Positions 25,582-38,938 of a DNA stretch of 64,000 nt are shown piece by piece. Below the pieces are notes generated by a model, which saw only the letters and a program-made list of their open reading frames with translations, did no database searches and was not told where the DNA came from. The translations under genes were made by a program, and so were the position numbers. The first letter of the stretch is position 1. Every line of letters starts with the position of its first letter. The DNA is taken from the NCBI GenBank assembly GCA_047495785.1, contig JBLDXI010000054.1, positions 2,294,001-2,358,000 of the forward strand, read 5' to 3'. The DNA is from Lepidodermella squamata. Its lineage: Eukaryota > Animalia > Gastrotricha.

Positions 25582-28105
25582 TCAGCTCAGATGACTAATA
25601 GTTTCATTTGCTGATCGGATAGCGGTTAGTATGGACCCGAGGCTCATTTGCGTAGCTGAGCGCTCAAAAGCCGGTGCCAGTACAGTTTTAGCCTGTCCGC
25701 GGTTGTTAAACGCAGTCGAAGAATTCCGGCTCCAGTAATCAGCTTCATAAGCCGCCAAAGCGTCCTCAACATCAGCAAATTCGGGTAACTGGTTGACCTG
25801 GTGCGTGGATAAATTATTGCCGTGGATTATTTGTGAAGACTTTTGTAGAATCGCCTCCGTCGAGGCTCGAATTGAACTGTTTTTATCGCTTTGCTGGCTG
25901 CTTGCCGCCTCAAGATTTTTCCGAAGTATTCTAGACGCGATTTGGTGATCGGCCCCAGCAGTGGAAGATGCGACAGAACCTGGTTCAAGAGGCATCAAAG
26001 CTCTAGCTCGCCGTAACTGTTTAAATGGCTGCCTTGTAGTCGCGTATTGACTTTTAGGCCAAGCTGGGGCAACCCAAAGTCTGGGAACTAGAGACTTCGA
26101 GCAGAACTTCGAACAGTTGTAGACAGCCCTAGTCGTCGGGCCAGAGCAACAGTCGGTTGGCGACGTGGGATCAACGTTGCTTGAATTGCATGTCACTTGA
26201 ACCTGAAAAAAGCGGAAATTAAAGCATCTTTCAAAAGAATTTCCTCAAAATGCATGGATCAGCAAAATTAGTGAAGCGTTAAAATCAAGTGAGCGAAACA
26301 AGCGAAGACCTGTAGCACAGCAGCGTGATTTACTGGTAGTGAAGCTCGGAACATTTTCTTCGATGGTTTCGCCGGTAGTGACCCGCCTAATAGCGTTGTT
26401 CGATGCGAGTTGTGGGTGACCGGCATGTTTGAAAGCCCTGGGTTGTGATGCTGCTGATGCTGATTGTTCTGCTGAACGGCCGATAACGGTGGCATGTTCG
26501 ACGTCGTTGTTGAAATTATTGATGGGTCAATCTCATCCGGGGCTGTTGCAATTTCGACGACGCTATTGCTTGGGTTTTGAATGATTGGCGATTTCTTGCG
26601 AAGCATAGCACTCTGGGGCGGCACAACCGAGGCTGCACGGGATTTCGGTAGCGGAGGTGGCGCTGGGGTCATGGAGGTGACGTCGGCGTAAAGCGGCGAT
26701 TGGGCCTCACGAACGACGGCGGACGAAGCATCGTCGCGGTTACGCACCGGAATTTGAGAGGTTATTGCTATCATTTTTCGCGGCTGTTGACCAACCGATG
26801 CTAAGGGAAAGTAAGAAAATCTCAGTAAATTTTTGATTCTGAGGCCGTTAAGACCCTAAAAATCGATGGAAGCAGAAAAAATGAACTGATAGGGATTGTA
26901 TCAGGCTTCTATTCTAATATAGGGTTGTGCATTTTACATAATCTTATCTCTCCTCCAATACCTGCGCTCTTCTTCAAATTAGGGCTTCCTGTCGAATAAG
27001 GGGCTACCGTTAAAGCTCTTGTACTGACTTCTTTTTCTTGCTGTATAATAGGGACCATTGAGATCTAAGATGACTTACTTCCGCTTAGATAGAGGTGAGC
27101 AGGTGGGGGTTGTTGATCGTTGCTGAAATATGACATTCCGCTTTTGGGATACCTCCCATTAGCACGATTACCTCGGAGAAGCGCTCTCAACTCTTCCTCG
27201 AACTCGTCGTCGTAAATGTCCGTGCATGGTATCCCAAACGAGTTTTTACCCTCAACCTATAAGAAAATTAGGTGATATCCAAAACTAGGGCAGCGTCTTA
27301 CTTTAAGATTGGCTAGCACACGAGAATTATGGTGGTAGTAGTCGAGTTTAGAACCATCAACGCCCTGTTCTGGCTTGGGAGTTTTTCGAGCTAAGTCTCC
27401 CAATTCACTGGAATCATCCTTCGATTTCTTATTACCGGTCTCTGCTGGAGGATTCTTTCTGAGGGCACAAAGAAGTTGAAGATCCTATAGGTAATCAATA
27501 GTTAACCAGAGGCAATAGCAAGAAATTAGGGAAAATACTTGTTCCAGTTGCGAGGCCTGGGCAAGATCTAGTTCAAGTTTTTGCAGCCATTCGGCATCGT
27601 TTGGCTGCATCATATCTTCGTCTTCTACATCTTCATTAAGTCGGCCGTCAGCAACTCGAACTGCAAGTTGGCGACTGCTCATTAAGCCTGAATGGCCATT
27701 CCCATCCATGTCAGTGATCATCGGCAGGACAAGATCGGAGCCTGTTCGATGCATCGTGTCGTCGTTATCGCTGTCAGTCAGCGTCACGATCTTATATCGA
27801 GCACCTAAAGAATATTTCATATTAAAAGGTCTCATTGTTATGAGATGTATAAGACTGATTACAAGACATGTAAGAAAGGCTATAAGTAAGCTATGATACC
27901 AATAGCTTCGAAGACAAAAAAACGTGTTTCGTATTTTGATTATAAATACAAAATACGATGATATGGCTAGAAATTGTTGATTATTCCATATGTGAGCAGT
28001 AAAAATTTGCACCCCTTTGCGTAGAGACGGTACATTGCGATGAGTTAAATAATAAAACACCTGCTTACCTGCACTTTTTGCCAGTGATCGGAAGTATTGA
28101 TTCAT
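25582..28105 (-). CDS. Unknown multi-exon protein, mostly low-complexity or disordered
   Basis: Spliceable open segments MNQYFRSLAKSA|GARYKIV..., acidic and Pro/Ser/Gln-rich exons at 26268-26800 and 25582-26200. No recognisable domain; the start codon is uncertain. Confidence 0.55.
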
Positions 28106-29461
28106 GGCGGTGTAGTTTTTTCGCAGGTGTCGTTGCGAAGGGAGTGAAACAGGCTCACGCAACCCAGTGATCAATGCGGTGGTAGTTAATGCCGTCCGAT
28201 GGATTTATTTGATGACGATTAGTCCCCTTGCTAGTGCATGAGATATTGCATGGTAATAAATCTTCTCACCCTGCTTTTGAGAACTTCATCTAGAAACGTA
28301 AGATCGGTAATTAGAGGTTAAAACTATTCTTCGGACACTTGATGATTAATGATTCGACCCTCAAACAAGGGGTGAGATTTGCATGTCACATGGCTAGGCA
28401 GTAAAACGGTGGGGTCTAGGGCATAAGCATGTAAATAAACATCGAACTATATCGAGGGTGTGTGTGCTGAATTTTCTTATATAAGGCGGCGTCCGTGCAG
28501 CTCATGATTAATCGAAAATCAAGACATTGCATAGCAACCACACGCAAACTTCCGTGTTTGTAATAAAAAGCCGGCATCTCAGACGATTTTAATGCGCATA
28601 ACAAGAGCTGGTTGTAACTGCGACTGGGAAAAACTTGACGTCAGTAAAAAAACCCGCCCGAAACTAGGTGAATACAGCACTACTGGATAACCACTAGATA
28701 TGGGACAAAAACATATGCTTGGAAAACAGCTGTGAGAATTAAATGAGATCTATTCACGCGGAGTGATTTTCTATTTGCAGCTATCAATTTGTAACGGCTT
28801 TTATCCTAAAAAATGAGTTTCTCCCAAAAAGAATGCGCACCTCATTGAGACGCTTTTCATCTCCTGTTATTAAAGACCTGTGAAGCGTGGTTTCCTTAGC
28901 GGTTAAATTGTAGATAATGCGGTATGGATAAAAAGAGGCGATGCACTTAGCAAAAGCACGACAATTTGCGATACATAAAAATAATATTTTGTGCTAACTT
29001 GCTGCTTGCTTAATGCCGAACACGCAGGTGAGAAATTAAAGATTATTCAGCGCCCGATAAGTATTTGAGGACAGATGAGTGTTGCAGATGGCGATTGTGA
29101 GTGGCAAAAAACTGCCTCTCGCTGAGTCAGCATACATTAGAAGGTGAAGTGTTGGAGAGTTCCGGTTGAATTACACAATTCGATTCGATGGGATACTTGT
29201 AAACTTGAGGTCCAGTTGAAGGAGAATGAACTTGAAGCCGACTACTCAAAGGAGTTTGGTACAACAGCACTGAGCCTAATTGAAGGACAACTCATAAACT
29301 CGAACCGACTCAAAAAATACAGAAATTTCTGATCAACTCTCATATCTTATATATCCCAAAAGAGGGGAGCAACAAATTGAAAATGAATACCGACTTTCTG
29401 AAGTTACACAATATTTTACTGGCATTAGAGCCTAATATAGCAAAATCACTGTATAATGGAA

Positions 29462-31457
29462 TTAACAACAACTGTCGAACCACTCAGACAATAAGTTGAA
29501 AGTGTTCAAGGTTAAAATCGCGATTAATATCATAACAACATAGAAACAGCTCGAATAAACCACCGGCGAAGATGAGAATAAGTCATTGATTCGCTCTGGT
29601 GACTGTTGCTTCGCAGGGGTGACAGTATTAGGCGTAGTTTCAGCGTTCTTGCTAGTTCCTTCCGTCATCAGGGCGCTTACAGTCGCGGTCGAATTAATCG
29701 GCTGATTGGCAGTTGTAGTTAGTACCTCAGACGCATTAGCAACACTTGCTGTGGTGGTCAGGTTGTTTTCACTTGGTGAATGAGTTGTCATCGCCTTGAT
29801 TGTAGCATTCGACGGCAATGACGTTGTAGTTTTACGGTCAATAACAGGCTGAATAACTCCAGATGTGGTAGTACCATTAAGTGTTGTCGGTAGTGTTGTA
29901 CTTCGGCCGAAGTTCGAACAGTCGACATCGGGCTCGACAGATTTGACGCAATCGCATGGCAAGTTGGCGAGATCTTCAGCTGCGAGCAGTACGTTATGGA
30001 CCGACAAGCAAATGATAGACATCAGTTCAGTCGAAATCGAAGGACCTAATAGAAGATCAGTTTCCGCCGACACCAAGCGAACTGGTAAAGGCGTTGCATC
30101 GCTATTCGATCCGCTCCACAATCGCAGCGATTTGTCACGAGAGTCGAAAGTGATGGCAACCATGAAAAGATTCGCTGCTCCAGATATAGATGAAACAGCG
30201 CCTAAAGCACGATCTGGCGTATCATCGTAGACAGTCATTCCCTTAGTCGACATCTTGATCTTGAGACCAAGCCACGAAAACAGCGAAACATCTTCTGCAT
30301 CGAATGACAAATCGGCCATATTGACAAAGCAGACGACAGTGAAATCTTCGTCTGCCAGTTTGACGTTGGTGAAGTTGGCGATGTAAGGAATGTTAGGCTC
30401 AATCAAAACGTGGGATAGATGGCTCGATGCGAACACAGCCGCCTTGACCACATTCTTCAGCCGACCATTTATCGCTCCGAGTGATGTTCGCCCGGTCACT
30501 ATTTCGTTCAAATGATTTTCTTTATCCATTAAAGGCCAGAAGCCAGCGGTTTTCATCCTGGTTGGGAAGAGGTTTTCGTTCAGCAATTGTCTACCTTTCA
30601 CGCAACGTCCCTTATATTGGCAAATGCATTGTAGCTGCATGATTTCCTCCCTGAATAATTCGGAATTGTAAACGAAAAGGCAGGAAACCGCTATTGGGTG
30701 ACGAGCTCGCAGGCTGAGATCTGTCATTTCGGACGGCGTTGTCACCCAAGATTGGTCCAGCTGGCTAGAACCGTGGTTAGTCCCATGCCAATCGTACAGC
30801 CGGCTTTCAGCTCGCTTATTGAAAGTCAACGCAACGAAATGCCAGTCATCCGGTGTCCGCCAGGGCATCGTTTCGTAAGGAATCAAAACGCACTTCTCAT
30901 TGGCCGGGCTGCAGTCCTCAGATCGAAAAACATGTCTATCTTCCATCTCGTCGAATTTAATGCCGAATTGAAGCTTCCGCTTTCCAGTTCCGGAGATCGT
31001 GATAATACGTTCCCATGTTGAACCGCCGAATTTAGTGACAGCTGCTGCCAACTGGTCGTACATCTCAATTTTGTCGTAGCGGAAAAAGAAAGCTAGTGTG
31101 TATTCATTTTTGATGGAGAAAGCGGATTCCAGCTTGAGAACAGTGCCCCTTGCATCGCTCTTTGGTAGAGCAAATGCTGTTCCTGTGGCTTGAAACGGCC
31201 CGGGTTCCTTCGTCAAGCACTTCCCACCTAACGCTTTGAATCCAGGTAAAGTTTCGTTGAGTGCCCATTCGTCGCTGGTCGAAGCGCAATCAAGCGGAAA
31301 AAAGCCTATAAGAGACTGAGGCCGGGGGTAGTTGCTTAGAGTGGCTGAAAATTGAAACAATTCATAACATGCTTAAATAAATATGGCTTCTCATACCTTT
31401 TGACAGACTACACAAAAATACGATCGTAAGACTAAATATCTCAGCAAAGAGCGCCAT
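29462..31457 (-). CDS. Secreted or membrane-anchored protein with two LamG/ConA-like domains, a Thr-rich mucin stalk and a hydrophobic C-terminus
   Basis: Signal exon MALFAEIFSLTIVFLCSLSK. Twin motifs GFFPLD/GFWPLM, WHFVALTF/VAITFDS and VYNSELFREEI/VHNVLLAAEDL; T-rich region with NxT sequons; terminal hydrophobic stretch. Confidence 0.72.
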
Positions 31458-31736
31458 TTTCCTGTTGTAGGAAAAATTTGAAAAAAAATAACGACGAAGG
31501 AGAATATTAAGGTGGATTTTTTTTAGAAATTTTGAATGGATGAAATAATATATAAAAAATAATCAAATAAATTCCAGAGATCAAATATTTTATTCTCAAA
31601 ATCAACAGAAGATGTCATCCAACGAGAAAATCAAAATTCAAACATGTAAAATCGGTGCAAAATCAGAGGTAGTCAATACTCATAATGATGCAATAGTATA
31701 ATATCGACGTCAGGTTTTCGAGTTCCATTTCAACTT

Positions 31737-33212
31737 TCAATTTCGAATTGAGCTGCGAGTCAACCTGGAAGTCTTGCAATTAACGGAGTCGGCCATAGGT
31801 TTCTTGCGTTTCTGGCTGGAATGCCGAAGACTTCGACTGTAATTTTGATACCAAACTTTCAGAAATCGCAATCCATGAGCAGCAAATTGATCAGCAGAAT
31901 CGGCAACTAATTTGATAAGATATCAAGATATTATTAACGGGTCTGGATAGGGAACACTTCTCGGGTCAAAAAATCAATCTGCAATTTTGCACAGAAAATT
32001 TCAAGATTTTTTCAATTAAATACTAAACAATCAAAAAATTGGGAATTCGAATAAATACCAGTCCGAATAAATTGCCGAAATTTCTCGAAGTTACCGAAGA
32101 TGACCAAAGCTTACCTTGAATAGCAGTTTGCCCGGCAACATTTTTCATATCAAACAAAACTGGCGAAGAATTAAGCAACAATCGCATGAGTTCAACGTTC
32201 CCGTGGACAGCCGTCAGGTGAAGAGCAGTATTTCCATCCGAATCAGCCACATTCAAATCAAATCCGCGTTCGACTAGCAGCCTGGCAATTTTCATTCCGC
32301 CTTCAAACATTAGCAGTGACCAAACGATTTCACAGCTGAAAGCAAAACCGACGTCATCGTCCGGGTCTAGCAATTCGGGATTGATGAAATCAGCCGGGTA
32401 GCCGTTTTTCTCGAAATCGTCGCGAATCGACAGAATTTCTTCATCAACATGGCAATCTTGAGCAATCACGTGAAGACAATTCGCGCCAGTTTCAGGATTT
32501 TTCGAATGCATCAAGTCCGGGTTCAAATCAGCGAGAAAACAAAAAATTTCGAAATGGCCACAACTCGCTGCGATATGAAGCGATTTCCAGTCGACCGCCG
32601 CGTTATTTCTCACGAAATACCGAACGCATTCCAACGAGCCGGACCAAATCGAACGATGTAAAGCTGTTTCACCGAGAAGGTTTGTGACTTTCAAGTTGGC
32701 CTCTTTCACTTCAACTAGGTATTTAATCATGTCGATATGGCAATTTTCTGCAGCGATTAGGAGAGGCGTCTCGCCGTTTTCGTTCCTTTCCTCGATCAGC
32801 GCCGGATTTCGATCGAGCAGTAAATCGACGATTCGAAAATGGTTGTGTTTAACAGCCAGGTGAATAGCGCTCGGGCCGTTTCGCAACCGACATCGCAGGG
32901 TTAAATCCGGCTTCAATTCTTCGACAATAAATTTGACTAGATCGAGGTTGGCGCGTTTGATTGCTTGCATCAGAATTGTTTGATTGTAGTGGGATGAGTC
33001 GCGGTAGTCAGCGATGAACTTGCGGCCGGATTCGTCGAGATTCAGGCGCAGAATGGTGAAAGCCAGGCCGGACATATCGCCGGAACGAGCTGCGGCGTGA
33101 ATCGCCAGGATATCATCCAAACCCTGCGCGACAAATTGGAAAATCAAACTGCATAAAATTATCTTTAGGAAAAAATTACAATTTGCTGGTTTGTTTTCTC
33201 GAGACTCATCAT
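31737..33212 (-). CDS. Cytosolic ankyrin-repeat protein
   Basis: ANK motifs (GETPLLIAA, GETALH, GNTALHLTA) and no signal peptide. Short first exon MMSLEKTNQQI; inferred last exon VADSADQF...SIRN*. Confidence 0.75.
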
Positions 33213-33778
33213 ATCGTGCCGGTAAAGATGATAAAACCTATAAGATGAAATAAAAATTGAAAGAAGCATTACCAAATACGTCTTTTAAATTACGCCAGAA
33301 AAGCCCGCGCTTTTTATTATAGGACTTGCGTTGCTTATTTGGCAAGTAATAAATACGCACAGCAATTACCGCAAAGCAGCAACGGCCGTTGTGACCTGAA
33401 TTTAATTGATGTGGCAAGTGTAACCGAGAGAATTTCGACGCATTGAGAGACTGAAGAAAACGAGTGCGCGAATTAGTTGAAAATTCCTCCTTAATGAAAA
33501 AAAAACAAAAGAAGAAGAAAAATCAACAGATGCAGGTCCTCTCCTCCTCCTACAGCTGGCTTCCGCCGTCAATAAATTATTTGATTTAATTCAAGAACCG
33601 CCCAGGTCCTTAAATCTTCGAGACAAATTGAAACACGACAGTTACTATGTCGCGATGCCTGCTGATCAAACATAAAACGGCACTCAATGTAAAAAAGTGA
33701 ATAAATTCTGATTTAGCTGAGAAAAATTCATCATATCGTGTAGGTAAATTCCACAGTGAATTTTTGAAAATCCATAGC

Positions 33779-34039
33779 ATGCATTTTGCTAAGTTCTTCT
33801 TCATCGCCCTTTTCAGCCTCGCTGCCCTTTTGGCTGCCAGCGATGCTGCCAACCTAGGGGAAACCTGCGAACACCTCGCTGATTGCCAGCTGGACGTGAA
33901 ATACTCCAAGTGCGACCCGATTCACAAGTAGTTGCCTTGATTTCTCCAATTTTTCATCCATTATTATTAAAAACATTACAGGGTCTGCGTGTGCCAGACT
34001 AGGAAGCACCCTTCCCAAGACAACGTCTGCCTTAAGTGA
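33779..34039 (+). CDS. 68-aa secreted six-cysteine peptide (EB-module-like)
   Basis: MHFAKFFFIALFSLAALLAASDAANLGETCEHLADCQLDVKYSKCDPIHK|VCVCQTRKHPSQDNVCLK*, with a GT-AG intron at 33928-33981. Not in the ORF track. Confidence 0.8.
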
Positions 34040-34177
34040 AACAGCAGTCGGATTAACAGAATGACTATCAGAAATATTACTAGACAGCCTGGTTTATGGT
34101 TTTTGGGTGATGGTATGCGAATAATTCCGCGCTATTAAAAATTCAGGAATTGCTGAAAAAATTCAATATTTTATTTA

Positions 34178-37100
34178 TTAAAAACACAAAAATAACAAGA
34201 ATAAGGTGAGCAAAATGGACAAGTTCGCTCCTGCTGGCCCAGTTGAATTATGGACCCCGCCGATTTTAGCCACATTGTGATCAGTCAAAGGCGGCGCGAA
34301 TTTCGACACCATGCCACTGGCCTTCTCCGTCAGGCAAACCGCGCCGATCAGCCCCTCGACGAAGACAACATTCGCGACGTAGACGTCTTTCAAATCTTCC
34401 AACGAAATTCTAGCAGCAACAACAGCCGCTCGGCCGCTTGAGGTCATCAGCGAAAAACACGCGATTCGCCTGTGGACAGACAGCCGAATCGCCCGGGTCG
34501 GGTAAACGCTGTCGGGAAATTTAATTTTTACTTTAATTGAAGTGTCATCGGTATGTGGGTCAATGCGGTGCAGATAAACAACGATTTCTGGGTCAGTTTC
34601 GACAAATAACACCCAGGCTTCTCGTTTAGCCGTGTCGTAGGCGAGTTTGAAGGAAAAAGCCGTCGAGTAGCTTATCGAAATGAGATGCAATAATTCTGAA
34701 TAAGTGACAGTGCTTCGATGACGCTGGGCCAAGATTGGATCGGGTTTTTCGCGCGAAACATCGTGAAAAATAACATAGAGCAGGTGGCGTTCAGATTCGC
34801 CAAATAAATCCGCCAGTCTCCAGTTATCAGCATCTTTCTCTTTGACTAAAGGTCCGCCTAAAATTAAAAAAAATAGTTTTAGGGTCCTACTTTGAACGTA
34901 ACGAAAGGGGATCCAAATTTGCACACATTATTTAGCAATTGAATTCAAAATTGTCGAGAATTAACCCTCTAAGGCCGGGAGCGTGTATACTCAAACTACG
35001 ACTTCTCACCTTGAATTCTCATACTTCCGGATTTTTGCCGGCCAAATGGTTTGGCATACGTTTAGATGACCATCTAAATACCCCGATTCCGAAAACCGCA
35101 GACTCGCCGCGTTGATTACGTAACACAGGTGAGCGCGCAAATCACGGGCACTCATGCCTATTGTGTAAACTCAGGCAAATTTCGACCAAATGACACGGGG
35201 GTCGCGCGGGCGGCCTGTTTTGTGTGCATCGGTTCAGTCACCCTGTGTTAATTTAAATGGCCACTTGAGTTTACTCATGCACATTGTCAATAAATGTTTG
35301 ATTTCAATTTTTTTACATTTTCTTTTTAAATAAAACTTTTTATGAGTGTGATGAGAAATTAAGACACTCGCAGATGTTGCGCAACACAGAATTGCGTAAC
35401 AACAACAAGCTTTTTACGTTGTTACGTTATAACCATGCAAAATGGAAATAAAAGCGCGGCTTCGAGTAGAAACATGAGCATCGTCAATATTCATTTACCG
35501 AAATTTGCGTCATCCTAACTTTTCGTAACTCATGGATGCGGCTGATAAGCAGCAAGTCTACGGCATGGTGGAATCCGATGAGATCGGTTCAACCGATTCC
35601 GCGCTCTCGTCATCGGACGATGAACTTGACCGGCCGCTGGCTGACTTCAAGGTGCCTGGACAGGTCAAATGGCAAAAGCTGAACGAAGATCGCCAACTTC
35701 ACATCGAAAAATGCGACCTGAAAAGTCGCCCTACCGACGAATTTGTAACACGAGTCGAGGCGCTAGGCAAAGGTAGGTATCTAGCCCATACCCATCCGAA
35801 TTATAAGTCATTTTCTTTAGTATCTGATATTGCGTCGCATTGGAATGACGAATGGCAAGCGGAGTGGTCGGCTGATCCTCAGGCCAGCACCAGCAAGCAG
35901 GCATCGCACGATGAAGATACCAACGGCGAGAGCGGCAGCAAGAAAACGGCCAGCGATACCGCCAAGAAGGCCGAGCCGAGCTCCGACAGTGGCGATGAAG
36001 AAACCGGCGAAGTTACAAGCGGCAAGACCGTCAAGAAGCGCGGCACCACGACCAACACCAAGGCTGCTGAGAAGACCGCCAAGTCCGGCCAATGCGACTA
36101 CGACGGCAGCGACGAAGATGATGAACCAAAACCGAAGAATTCTAAGAAAACTGTGAAACGCGATCGAGCTGGTGGTTCGAAGCGCGCTGAGAAGCGGAAA
36201 CCGAAAACCGACGAGCGTTACCCGAAGGTTCTGCCGTTTTTTCTTCTGATGTTTCCCGTGATATCGATGTTGGTTACTGAAACGAACCGGTACGCGGCGC
36301 AGATGTACGCTAAGAACCCCGAAATCGGCCAATTTGTTGCAACAAATGTTCACGAGGTCTTCTGCTTTTTGGCGTGTGCTATAGCCATGGGTATCGTCAA
36401 TTTACCGTCGGCCAGGCTGTATTGGGAAAGTTCTGATTCAATGCTGTACCAGCCGTACTTCGCCAAGATCATGTCGCGCGATCGATTCAAGCAAGTAGTG
36501 CGTTTTCTGCACGCAGCGAACAACGACGCCGCCCTACCTCGAAACGACCCTGAATATGACAAGATCCACAAGGTTCGGGCGTTTCTCGACCGTTTGCAAA
36601 ACGCTTGGCTCGCGAACTTTGAAATCGGTGCTGAGGTTCGTATAATAAGCTTTTTGCTTTATTTTTACTGAAATTTTCTATGCTCATCAGGTTGCTGTCG
36701 ACGAGCAAATGGCCGCATTCAAAGGTCGAACAACCCTCAAACAGTACATGCCGGCTAAGCCCGTCAAACGCGGCCTCAAGTTTTTCGCTCTGGCGTTGTC
36801 CCCGATAGGCTACATTTTTCGCGTTTTGCTCTACAGCGGGAAAGGCGACCAAGGTAATCTGGTAATTATTTTTCAGGCGATATTATAATATTTTTTTGCA
36901 GTTGGCACCGACGATTCGGAAGCGGGATTGGCCGAGCGTATCGTATGGCGGTTGGCGACGGCGATTGCTGGCTACTGGCGCGTCCTCTACATGGACAATT
37001 GGTTCACGTCTCTACCGCTGGTAAATCGCCTATGGGGCAACAAAATCCATTCGGTTGGTACTGTTCGAGCAAACCGGGCTGGTCTCGACTCGGCTGTTCC

Positions 37101-38938
37101 GATGAAGAAAACCTCAAAGACCGAACGTGGCGCGATGCGATTCAAATTTTTCGGCAATGTCCTTTTCGCTTCATGGCTCGACAACCGCGTCGTTAATTAC
37201 CTGTCGACTTGCCACACTGGATCTGCGACCGCAAATATCGAAAGACGAGGCAAGGATGGTAAGAAAATTGAAGTGCCGTGCTCACCGGTGTCGGTCGACT
37301 ACCAGCAGTTCATGCGCGGCGTTGACGTCGCTGATCGTCTTCGCGAGAGCTACGATTGCACCCTGCCCGGCAAGAAGTGGCACCGGCCAGTCGTCTTCTA
37401 CGGCTTGGAAACCGCGATAAACAACGCCTTCATTGCCTACAAGCAACTTGCGAATTGTCCCAACTACCCGTCTCTGCTGTTTCGTCGCCGCCTTATCGAC
37501 GAGCTGCTTGCCGCAGGAATGTCGCGTCAGCGAGCCGTGGCTCGGAGGCACAAACTTCACGAAAACATCGACGCAACAACCATGACTGACGCTTGGAAAG
37601 ATGGCGGACATTGGCCTCGGCACATCGGCAACTACCCCGGCACTCAGCGCACTCGTATGCGCCAATGTGCGCTATGTGTGGCCACGAAGCCTCTTGGCAG
37701 CCGAATTCCGGCATCAGCCTACGAATGCCAGGTCTGCGACGTTGGGCTGTGCATCGATCCTTGCTTTCGGCAATTCGGACCTCACGCCGGCTGATTTTTC
37801 ACCATTTTTATCATGAATAAATGAACTCATTTTGAGTAAATACATGTTGATCAGAGTAATTTTCAGCGCGTCTTGTGTTAACTCAAGTGCGAGTTTTTAC
37901 AAATAATAAGTGTGAGTAAAGTCAAGTGGGTACTTGTGTATAATCCGTATTGAGTGTCGTAAAAATCGCCAATCCAAAATATAACCCCCAAAACTGAGTT
38001 CACACAAGTTGCAGCTTAGTTAACTCAAAATGAGTGGTTTTTCCCCAATGAGTATACTCAAATTGTCAAAACTCAAGACGCTGCCGGCCTTAGAGGGTTA
38101 AAAAAAAATTAAATTAAAAAAAGAAAAATTCGAAATCTCGAAACTCCGAAACTCCGAAAAATTCCGCCAAGTAATCCATTTACCTAAATTATTTTTTTCT
38201 ATTTTGTTTAATTTATTCCTGACGTATTTTTTCTGAATTTAATTGACCTACCTATCAATTTCCAGTCATCGTTAAATTGAGCAAGTTGCCGGCAGGTTAA
38301 AATTTCTGTTAAATTCAGCTTTCTCGGGTTGAAATTGAAGCTGCAAGATCGCAGTGATAACGGCGAAGTTCGTGACCACATGAATAGATTTGCAGGTTCA
38401 TTCAAGCCCTCAGCTTTACGCGATGTTGAGTAGTTGAAGCGAACCCGATCGAGTAAAGGCCGGCTGTTTGATTTATCGACAAATTCGATCAGACCCATGG
38501 TGTTGTGAATCCAGTCTGTGTTCGATTTCACGCTCGAAAAATCGACTAGGAAAAGCCTTGGCAGTTTACTACTTGGATCCTGTTTTTTAAATAATTTTTC
38601 AAATTAATTAATTGTAAAAATTGTATTACGTTATCTTTTGCGATGATGACCAGTCGATTTGTGGCGTGGTCGAAATCGAAATCTGAAAAAGTGCTAGGCA
38701 GGCTTTGCGGAATTGTTATCGTTTGATAATGCCGACCCGTATCGTCATCCAACTGGTTAACAACCGGCTGAAGTTGAACCTCATTTTTCGTAACTATCAG
38801 CATGCTGCTGTACTTGAGAGTTCCGAGTTGGCCTGAAAAATATTAAAAAAATCCAGAAAAATCAAAGGCTTGAAACTCACCTGTTACGAAAAATGGGGAA
38901 AATATTGCAATTAAAATAAGTATTTTCCGCTTGTTCAT
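34178..38938 (-). CDS. Unknown secreted, probably GPI-anchored protein of about 420 aa; hosts the piggyBac in intron 3
   Basis: Signal peptide MNKRKILILIAIFSPFFVT. Exons 38938-38881, 38832-38630, 38579-38252 and 34857-34178 join in frame; C-terminus NSTGPAGANLSILLTLFLLFLCF*. Confidence 0.72.
34965..38097 (+). mobile_element. Full-length piggyBac DNA transposon
   Basis: TTAA target duplication at 34961-34964 and 38098-38101. Perfect 14-bp TIR CCCTCTAAGGCCGG (19/20 when extended). Internal inverted repeat 35261-35278 vs 37912-37929. Encodes a transposase. Confidence 0.96.
35532..37794 (+). CDS. piggyBac transposase (DDD triad, C-terminal Cys-rich domain), spliced
   Basis: MSRDRF, VAVDEQM..FKGR..LKQYMPAKP.K.GLK, MDNWFTS, MRGVDVAD and CxxC...CxxC...LC..PCF. 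Introns 36636-36690 and 36854-36901; a possible in-frame 48-nt intron at 35773-35820. Confidence 0.92.

Noticed and set aside
29144-29332. 62-aa plus-strand ORF
   Set aside because: No ATG, no domain and no convincing exon chain.
35817-37820. Many overlapping alternative-frame and antisense ORFs in the transposase and ANK genes
   Set aside because: Shadow ORFs of GC-richer coding sequence.
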